A DNA stretch of 64,000 nt, from assembly GCA_038139415.1 (NCBI GenBank), contig JAYOSV010000003.1:52700-116699 (forward strand), written 5' to 3'. Below the pieces are notes generated by a model. The model saw only the letters and a program-made list of their open reading frames with translations. It had not been told where the DNA came from and did not search any database. Source of the stretch: Verrucomicrobiales bacterium. Its GTDB lineage: Bacteria; Verrucomicrobiota; Verrucomicrobiia; Limisphaerales; UBA1100. The position numbers and the translations under genes were made by a program. The stretch's first letter is position 1; every line of letters starts with the position of its first letter. This document shows, piece after piece, positions 57,053-64,000 of the stretch.

Positions 57053-58042
57053 TTACTTCACTTCCGCGAGGACCTCTTTGATCAGGTCCATGTTTTTGCC
57101 GCGACTGTTCCAGCTATTCTCGCGGAGGAGCTTGATGAATTTTTCATCAGCGGACTTGGCCATCATATCCTTGAGGAGCATGTCGTGGTTGAGATTTAGT
57201 TTCTGCGAGGCAAACAGGGCGAAGGCCTTGATGCTTTCCTTGGCTTGCAGGTCCGGGTTGGGGGCGGACGGGCCGTCGGTGAGCTTGAGGCTCCATTTGA
57301 AGCCTTCGATCAGGTGCTTGTGGAAGGTTTCATTTTCCCAGGTGGACCCGTTGTGTCCGAGATTGGTAAAGAACACGCGGCCTTTGCCAAAGCTGCGCAC
57401 CCAACAGACCGGCACATGGTAGGGCATCTGAGGTTTGCTCTTGGCCATGTTCAGGCTGAAGAGCACGCGCACGGCGTTGGGATCGAAGTTGTTGTATTGG
57501 TAGATTTCGTCCTTCCACATGAATTCCTTGCCGAGCATAGCCACGGTGGGGTGGGAGGATTCGTGGTTGAGGAAGCCGTTGGTTCCGCCTGCGTTCCAGG
57601 GGTGACCGGCGAAGGTGCCGTTGATCATCTTCACATAGCCATCGTACTTCTTGAAGGTGTCGGCCGCGCTGTGTGCACCCACGAAGCCTTTGCCGGACTG
57701 GATGAACTCCATCAGCGCATCGCGCGGATCGCCGGCAGGCAATAGCATGCCGGTGGTATAAAAAAAGATGCCGTCAAACTGCTTTAGGTTTTCACGTGTG
57801 ATACTCTGGATGGCGTTCTGCGAATTCACCGTGGTAAACACACCGCTCTTCTTGCCGATCTCCGCCAGCACGCGTTCGACCTGGCATGTGTCCTTTCCGG
57901 CGCGGTTGACTGGTTGATGGCGAAACCCAGCGGATTGGGTGATCACCAAAATCTTTTTCGGCGCGGACTGTACCTCAGCCGGGGCGTTCAGGAACATTAA
58001 TCCGCCCAAGGCGGCCAACAGGATTCGTTTCAGGATTTTCAT
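57053..58042 (-). CDS. ThuA-like (class I glutamine amidotransferase-like) secreted protein
   Basis: SAGFRH, FFYTTG, GFVG.HSA.DT, F.GHPW, DEIY, GKGRVFFT.LGH. Confidence 0.85.
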   Translation of the reverse strand: MKILKRILLAALGGLMFLNAPAEVQSAPKKILVITQSAGFRHQPVNRAGKDTCQVERVLAEIGKKSGVFTTVNSQNAIQSITRENLKQFDGIFFYTTGMLLPAGDPRDALMEFIQSGKGFVGAHSAADTFKKYDGYVKMINGTFAGHPWNAGGTNGFLNHESSHPTVAMLGKEFMWKDEIYQYNNFDPNAVRVLFSLNMAKSKPQMPYHVPVCWVRSFGKGRVFFTNLGHNGSTWENETFHKHLIEGFKWSLKLTDGPSAPNPDLQAKESIKAFALFASQKLNLNHDMLLKDMMAKSADEKFIKLLRENSWNSRGKNMDLIKEVLAEVK

Positions 58043-58210
58043 GAGATCTATATAGGACTCTATTTTGGGGTGGACAATTCATCAGGGAACACCGATGTGG
58101 TCAAGGTTTCTCGGCTTGAACTCCAGTCCAACCTTATGGCATGGTGGTGAGACACTTTGGCGCTCACATTAGCCCGGTTTTTTCGCGGGGCAAAATGGCA
58201 CCAACAGCCC

Positions 58211-59467
58211 ATGGCGACTGAACGCACCAGTTTTTTCGATCGTATTGCCGGCCGCATTGATCAGCTCGATTCGGAGGGGCTGCAGACCGTGGTGGCTCGT
58301 TTGGCACGGGAGCGTGATTTTCTCGAGACGCTGTTTGATACCATTGAGGACGGCGTGCTCGTGCTGGACGGCAAAGCGCACATTTCCTGGCACAACCAAT
58401 CCGCCGAACATCTGCTGAGTCTGCCACTGGACAAGGCCGAGGGGCAGGGGTTGGCAAAGTTCCTGCCTGGGCTCGATTGGGATAAGCTTTGCGCCGTGGA
58501 ATCCACCGACAGCCTTTCAGTCACACGGCATGAACTGGAGGTCGCCTATCCCATTCGCCGCTTCCTGCGCGTGTATACCGCAGCCTTGGTCGGCGAGGGC
58601 GCCCATGGCTTGGCGGTAATTATCAATGACGCCACCGAGCAGCAGCAGAAAACCTTTGAGGCTCTCGAGAGCGAACGGGTTGAGGCACTCACCCTATTGG
58701 CTGCCAGTGTGGCGCATGAAATCGGTAACCCGCTCAACGCCCTGCACATTCATTTGCAGTTGATGGAACGTGAGGTGAAAAAGCTGAAGGCCACCGACGC
58801 CGACGCGCCGCTGGACCTTGCCGATCCCGATGCCGCGGCCAACCACGCCGCCAGTATTCGCAAGCTGGAAACCTATCTCGAGATCGCCAAGGGTGAAATC
58901 AATCGGCTGGACTACATCATCAGCCAATTTTTGCAGGCCATCCGTCCGACGCGTCCGGAGCTCAAGCCCGTTTCGCTTAACGATATTTTGCTCGATACCC
59001 TGACTTTGCTCGGGCCGGAAATTGAAAACCGTGAGGTCACGCTGTCGCAGCACTTCGCCGAGGAGTTGCCCAACGCGCCGCTGGACGAAGTGCAGGTGAA
59101 ACAGGCACTGGTGAATCTCATCAAGAACGCCATCCAGGCCATGACTCAAGGGGGCGCGCTAACATTGACCACCATCGCCGAGACCGACGGCGTGTGGGTT
59201 TACGTGGCCGATACCGGCGGCGGTATTCCGCAAGAGAAAATCAACCGCATCTTTCAGCCCTATTTCACCACCAAGAAAGAAGGCAGTGGCCTGGGGCTAA
59301 TGATTGTTCAGCGTATTGTGCGCGAACACGGCGGCCGCATTGAGCTGGAGAGTAACACCGGCCAAGGCACCACCTTCCGTCTCTGGTTCCCGCTCACCGA
59401 ACAACAACCCCTGCGCTTGACCGGCGGCGAGACCTCGCAGGCCAGTGCAACAAACGATCATGCTTAA
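58211..59467 (+). CDS. Cytoplasmic PAS-domain sensor histidine kinase
   Basis: AHEIGNPL H-box, NLIKNA.QA N-box, DTGGGI, F.P.FTTK..GSGLGL; no transmembrane helix seen. Confidence 0.93.
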   Translation: MATERTSFFDRIAGRIDQLDSEGLQTVVARLARERDFLETLFDTIEDGVLVLDGKAHISWHNQSAEHLLSLPLDKAEGQGLAKFLPGLDWDKLCAVESTDSLSVTRHELEVAYPIRRFLRVYTAALVGEGAHGLAVIINDATEQQQKTFEALESERVEALTLLAASVAHEIGNPLNALHIHLQLMEREVKKLKATDADAPLDLADPDAAANHAASIRKLETYLEIAKGEINRLDYIISQFLQAIRPTRPELKPVSLNDILLDTLTLLGPEIENREVTLSQHFAEELPNAPLDEVQVKQALVNLIKNAIQAMTQGGALTLTTIAETDGVWVYVADTGGGIPQEKINRIFQPYFTTKKEGSGLGLMIVQRIVREHGGRIELESNTGQGTTFRLWFPLTEQQPLRLTGGETSQASATNDHA

Positions 59468-60833
59468 ACCCACAGTCTTAATCGTTGATGATGAAAAACC
59501 CACCCGGGAAGGCCTGCGGGCGGCACTGGAGGATCGCTACGATGTCTACATCGCCGAGGACGGTGAGGGCGCCTTGCGGTTGCTGGAGGAGGACGGTTAT
59601 GACGTGCTACTCACTGACCTGCGCATGCCGGGCATTGGAGGACTCGACTTGATCAAGCGCGCCAAGTCGCTGGGTAAACCGCCTATTTGTATTTTGATGA
59701 CTGCCTATGGTAGTGAGGAAATGGCTGTGGACGCCATGCGACAGGGCGCTGATGATTACATCGCCAAGGGTCGATTGCAGATTGATGAACTCGAAATGCG
59801 CATTGCGCGCGCCGTGCGTTCGCAGAAGCTGGAATCCGAAAACCGCGAGCTGCGTTCGCAGGTGGATACCAAGTTCGGTCTCGAAAACGTGATCGGCCAA
59901 TCGTCGGCGATGGAGGGTATTTTCGAAATCGTCCAGCAAGTCGCCCCCGCGCGTGCCAGCGTGCTTGTGCTCGGCGAAAGCGGCACGGGAAAGGAACTCA
60001 TCGCCAAGGCCATCCACAACCTCAGCCCGCGTGCCAAGCAGCCGCTGGTTACCGTGCATTGCGCGGCCCTCTCGCCCACGCTGTTGGAGAGTGAATTGTT
60101 TGGTCACGAAAAAGGCGCGTTCACCGGCGCGCACGAACGCCGCATCGGCCGCTTCGAACAGGCCAATGGCGGCACACTATTCCTTGATGAGATCGGCGAG
60201 ATCGATCAGGCCATTCAGGTCAAGCTGCTAAGGTTCCTTGGCGAACGTACCTTCGAACGCGTGGGCTCCAATAAAACCCTCTCCTCCGACGTCCGCATCA
60301 TTGCCGCCACCAATCGCAATCTCGAACACGAGGTGACTGAGGGCAATTTCCGGGAAGACCTGTTCTTTCGCCTGCGTGTGGTGGAGCTAAGCCTGCCGCC
60401 CCTACGCGATCGCGGCACCGACGCCGTGTTGCTCGCGAAAAGTTTCCTCAAGGAGTTCGCTCAGGAAAACGCCAAGGCCATCGAGGACTTTCATCCGGAC
60501 GCCGTCGAGGCACTGCTCAATCATCCCTGGCCCGGCAACGTGCGCGAACTACGCACGGCCATCGAGCACGCCGTGGTGTTGTGCCGCGGCAACACCATTG
60601 GCCTACGTGATCTGCCGCCTAGTGTGCGCGGTGAATCCGCTGGCGCGCCGCATCCGGACGCCAAGGAAGTGTTAAGCAAAAAGAACCTGACCGTGGAGGA
60701 CGCCGAAAAGGCTTTGATCATCCGCGCCTTGAAGGAATGTGGGGGCAACCGAACGAAGGCCGCCGAAAAAATTGGCATGAGTCGTCGAACGCTTCATCGA
60801 AAACTGCACGCCTACAACCTTCACGACTTATAG
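59460..60833 (+). CDS. Sigma-54-dependent response regulator (NtrC/AtoC family)
   Basis: Receiver (VDDE, D..MP), [39 protein letters not shown], Fis HTH. Confidence 0.95.
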   Translation: MLKPTVLIVDDEKPTREGLRAALEDRYDVYIAEDGEGALRLLEEDGYDVLLTDLRMPGIGGLDLIKRAKSLGKPPICILMTAYGSEEMAVDAMRQGADDYIAKGRLQIDELEMRIARAVRSQKLESENRELRSQVDTKFGLENVIGQSSAMEGIFEIVQQVAPARASVLVLGESGTGKELIAKAIHNLSPRAKQPLVTVHCAALSPTLLESELFGHEKGAFTGAHERRIGRFEQANGGTLFLDEIGEIDQAIQVKLLRFLGERTFERVGSNKTLSSDVRIIAATNRNLEHEVTEGNFREDLFFRLRVVELSLPPLRDRGTDAVLLAKSFLKEFAQENAKAIEDFHPDAVEALLNHPWPGNVRELRTAIEHAVVLCRGNTIGLRDLPPSVRGESAGAPHPDAKEVLSKKNLTVEDAEKALIIRALKECGGNRTKAAEKIGMSRRTLHRKLHAYNLHDL

Positions 60834-60840
60834 GCGCCGA

Positions 60841-61017
60841 CTACTCAGCCAGACACCGGCGTAGCACCACCTCAACCTCGATCTCGTCGAAACTGTTGGG
60901 AATTTTGCACTGGGGCAGCACCATAGGCATCAACTCCCAGCCTTCCGCCCCCAATTCATTAAGTTTGGCCTGAGACAGGTCGCCTCTTTTTAGTACTTTG
61001 TACTCCCACTTCTGCAT
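60841..61017 (-). CDS. DUF4177-like small protein, 58 aa, absent from the ORF track
   Basis: MQKWEYKVLKRGDLSQAKLNELGAEGWELMPMVLPQCKIPNSFDEIEVEVVLRRCLAE*; WEYK...LN.LG.EGWEL signature. Confidence 0.8.
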   Translation of the reverse strand: MQKWEYKVLKRGDLSQAKLNELGAEGWELMPMVLPQCKIPNSFDEIEVEVVLRRCLAE

Positions 61018-61156
61018 GACTGGATTGTAGCGAGGGCGACAGGCTGTGGCGAACCAGTTTTGGTATTTTGAATAAAGATTCCGACTGAACCCTTAATGGC
61101 ATAGCAAAGACTTGGTTGAGCTTGACCGCAAAGGCCTGTGAGCTTCAACTCTCTCC

Positions 61157-62707
61157 ATGTCCACGATTTGTGTTCGCCTGATGGCGTTGATGTTGCTCGT
61201 TTCGTTTACCGTTCAGGCTGAGGTATCCGTTCCTTCCATCTTTGGCAGTCGCATGGTGCTGCAGCGGGGTCAGGCCAATCCGGTGTGGGGCTGGGCTGCG
61301 CCGGGTGAGAAAATTTCCGTCACGTTCGCCGGCCAGAAACACACTGCTACGGCCGGCAAGGACGGCGCCTGGCGTGTGAAGCTCCAGCCGCTGAAGGCCA
61401 ATGCCAAGGGTCAGACACTGACCATTCAGGGTAGCAACAAGCTGGAGCTGATCGATGTGTTGGTGGGCGAGGTGTGGGTGTGCTCCGGTCAGTCGAACAT
61501 GGCATGGTCAGTTGATCGCTCTTACGATCCGGATTTGGAGAGCCTCACGGCGAAATTCCCCAACATCCGTCTGATCTCAGTACCGCCGGTCGGCGCACAG
61601 GAACCGCAAAAGGATTTCAACGGCGAATGGGTGGCTGCCTCGCCGGAGTCGGTGATGAGCTTTTCTGCCGTGGGCTTTTTCTTCGGTCGTACACTGCATC
61701 AGGCAATTGATGTGCCGGTGGGTTTAATCGACAATGCTTGGGGCGGCTCAGCTGCGGAGGCATGGGTTCGTCGTGATCTGCTGAACAAGCTGCCTGCCGC
61801 TGCGCCTTATATGGCTACTTGGAAACAGACTGAGGCAAATTATGATCACGAGAAAACCATGGCCACTTATGAGACGCGCTTAAAGAAATGGCAGACCGCC
61901 GCTGCGGCCGCGCGCAAGGCCGGCAAACCGGCACCGCAACGCCCGCGTAATCCGCGTAATCCGCTGACGGGCCAGCACCGGCCGGCAAATCTTTATAATG
62001 GCGTGCTCAAGCCTTTCATCGGGTACGGCATCAAGGGAGCCATTTGGTATCAAGGTGAAAGCAATAGCGGTCGAGCAAAGGCTTACCGTGACGTGTTTCC
62101 GCTCATGATCCAAAATTGGCGCGACGAATGGGGGCAGGGTGATTTCCCGTTTTATTGGGTTCAACTTGCTGATTTCCGTGATGAGCAACCGGAGCCTATG
62201 GATGATAACTGGGCCGAATTGCGTGAGGCTCAGACCATGACGATGGATCGTCTCAAGAATACGGGCGAAGCAGTGATCATTGATGTGGGCGAAGGCCGCG
62301 ACATTCATCCACGTGACAAACAGACCGTTGCCAAGCGGCTGGCGCGTTGGGCGTTGGCCAAAGACTACGGCGTGGATATCATTCATCAAAGTCCTCGCTA
62401 TAAGAGTATGGAGATCAAGGGCGATAAGGCTGTGATCACGTTTGATCATGTGGGTGCGGGACTTTACAGTTTTGATGTGCGTGATCCCAAAGGTTTTGCC
62501 ATATGCGGCCAGGACAAAAAATTTGTATGGGCCAACGCTCGAATCGTAGGCAAAGACAAAGTGGAAGTGTGGGCTGAAGGAATTACGCCTTCCCAAGTAC
62601 GTTATGCATGGGCGGTGAATCCTGTTTGCACATTGATGAGCCGCGGAGGCCTTCCGGCCACGCCCTTCCGTACTGATGATTTCAAGATGGTGACTGAAGG
62701 GCAGTAA
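61157..62707 (+). CDS. Sialate O-acetylesterase-like SGNH esterase, secreted
   Basis: MVLQR, GEVW.CSGQSNM, FSAVG.FF, WGG, WYQGESN, DIHP (DxxH-like), RYAW. Confidence 0.92.
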   Translation: MSTICVRLMALMLLVSFTVQAEVSVPSIFGSRMVLQRGQANPVWGWAAPGEKISVTFAGQKHTATAGKDGAWRVKLQPLKANAKGQTLTIQGSNKLELIDVLVGEVWVCSGQSNMAWSVDRSYDPDLESLTAKFPNIRLISVPPVGAQEPQKDFNGEWVAASPESVMSFSAVGFFFGRTLHQAIDVPVGLIDNAWGGSAAEAWVRRDLLNKLPAAAPYMATWKQTEANYDHEKTMATYETRLKKWQTAAAAARKAGKPAPQRPRNPRNPLTGQHRPANLYNGVLKPFIGYGIKGAIWYQGESNSGRAKAYRDVFPLMIQNWRDEWGQGDFPFYWVQLADFRDEQPEPMDDNWAELREAQTMTMDRLKNTGEAVIIDVGEGRDIHPRDKQTVAKRLARWALAKDYGVDIIHQSPRYKSMEIKGDKAVITFDHVGAGLYSFDVRDPKGFAICGQDKKFVWANARIVGKDKVEVWAEGITPSQVRYAWAVNPVCTLMSRGGLPATPFRTDDFKMVTEGQ

Positions 62708-62760
62708 TTTTAATTGTCTCAGCACTTTCTCGGTTGACGTGTGTGGGTTAAGGCGTTGCA

Positions 62761-64000
62761 ATGTCCCCTATGACCAAGCGTCTTCTTTCCCTAAGCTGTA
62801 TTGTCGTTATTCTGTCGGCCTTTTTTGTTCAGGCTGAAACGAAACTTCCCTCCATCATCGGCAGCCATATGGTGCTGCAGCAGGGTGAAAAATGCCCGAT
62901 TTGGGGTTGGGATGATTCAGATAAACAGGTTACCGTTGAATTTGCCGGCCAAAAGCACACGGCCAAGGTAGGTGATGATGGCCGTTGGGAAGTCCATTTG
63001 GATTCCATGAAGGCTAATGCGAAGGGCCAAACACTTACCATTCGCGGGAGCTCCAAGATTGAGTTAGTGGATGTGTTGGTCGGCGAGGTTTGGCTTTGCT
63101 CTGGCCAGTCCAACATGGAATGGCGAGTTAAGCAGTCAGCCAATCCGCAGGAAGAGATTGCGAACGCAAAGCATCCATTGATCCGCCACATCAAGATTCC
63201 ACATCGCCCGGCTGCCCAGCCGGAGAACGATGTACCCTCGGATGGTTGGAAAGTTTGCTCGCCGCAAACTGCCGCCGATTTTACTGCCGTGGGCTATTAC
63301 TTTGCCCGGCATTTACAAAGTGAAATTAAGGTGCCGATTGGTTTGATTGGAAGTAACTGGGGCGGCACCCGGATTGAACCTTGGATTCCGCCGGTGGGTT
63401 TCAAGAGTGTTCCAGCACTGAAGACTAACTTTGCTGATAAGCTGGACCAATTTCCGACTAAGCGCGGTAACGGGGTGAATCACCAAAGTCCCTTGGCTTT
63501 ATATAATGGAATGATCAATCCTCTCTTGCCATATACCATTAAGGGTGCGCTTTGGTATCAGGGAGAGAGCAACAACGGGGAAGGCATGCTGTACCACGAA
63601 AAGATGAAGGCCTTGATCGAGGGTTGGCGTAGTGTGTTCAACAAACCAGAGCTACCATTCTATTATGTTCAACTGGCTCCTTTCCGTTACGGAAGGGATG
63701 ATGATCCACGCTTACCGGGAATTTGGCAGGCTCAATTGGAAACTCTCAAGGTTCCTCATACCGGTATGGCGGTAACCACTGATATTACTAACGTCAGAGA
63801 CATTCATCCCAAGAACAAGCAGGATGTCGGTAAGCGCCTTGCCTTATGGGCTTTGGTTAAAGACTACGGCAAAAAGCTAAAGACCCAGTACTCAGGTCCT
63901 ATTTTTGAGAAAACATCTCACGCTGAGGGTAAGGATAGCCTCACAGTTCATTTTAAGAAACTGGGTGATCATTATCACGGCCTCAAAACCAATGACAATA
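62761..64000 (+). CDS. Second sialate O-acetylesterase-like esterase, 3'-truncated by the window edge
   Basis: ATG at 62761 or 62770; KLPSIIGSHMVLQ, GEVWLCSGQSNM, FTAVGYYF, WGGTRIEPW, WYQGESN, DIHP.NKQDVG.RL; open to 64000, so missing from the ORF track. Confidence 0.9.
   Translation, partial: MSPMTKRLLSLSCIVVILSAFFVQAETKLPSIIGSHMVLQQGEKCPIWGWDDSDKQVTVEFAGQKHTAKVGDDGRWEVHLDSMKANAKGQTLTIRGSSKIELVDVLVGEVWLCSGQSNMEWRVKQSANPQEEIANAKHPLIRHIKIPHRPAAQPENDVPSDGWKVCSPQTAADFTAVGYYFARHLQSEIKVPIGLIGSNWGGTRIEPWIPPVGFKSVPALKTNFADKLDQFPTKRGNGVNHQSPLALYNGMINPLLPYTIKGALWYQGESNNGEGMLYHEKMKALIEGWRSVFNKPELPFYYVQLAPFRYGRDDDPRLPGIWQAQLETLKVPHTGMAVTTDITNVRDIHPKNKQDVGKRLALWALVKDYGKKLKTQYSGPIFEKTSHAEGKDSLTVHFKKLGDHYHGLKTNDN

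Noticed and set aside
58211..61156. Sigma-54 promoter (GG-N10-GC) near the NtrC-type regulator
   Set aside because: TGGC-containing candidates checked by eye in intergenic regions lacked the correctly spaced -12 GC.
54468..61965. Short coding duplications (QSRR-QSRR near 54470; PRN-PRN-P near 61945)
   Set aside because: Two-copy 9-12-bp slippage repeats in low-complexity segments with no sign of a system.

Overview
Gene-dense, GC-rich bacterial window. Gene content (prepilin-type H-X9-D protein, eight DUF1501 and five DUF1549/DUF1553 'planctomycete cytochrome c' proteins, sulfatase, four SGNH/sialate O-acetylesterase-like proteins, ThuA domains) points to the PVC superphylum, probably Verrucomicrobiota (inference). 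No rRNA, tRNA, CRISPR array or transposase was seen. The main hidden signal is two genes that the ORF track splits because an in-frame TGA sits exactly at the catalytic Cys position: a BCP-type peroxiredoxin (9165-9692, minus; FTGG-U-TAQC) and an EF-hand plus iodothyronine-deiodinase-like fusion (34702-35706, minus; FGSYT-U-GPF). Both have signal-peptide-like N-termini. Both carry a hairpin with unrelated stems but the identical C-CGUGC-G apical loop 21-22 nt after the UGA, i.e. a candidate lineage-specific SECIS. Also seen: an expanded, translationally coupled DUF1549/DUF1553 + Tat-DUF1501 system with swappable middle domains, a 57-bp palindrome-rich tandem duplication in a divergent promoter, a frameshifted sulfatase remnant, a short dispersed palindromic repeat, and small genes missed by the ORF track. 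All family names come from motif recognition by eye, not database searches.
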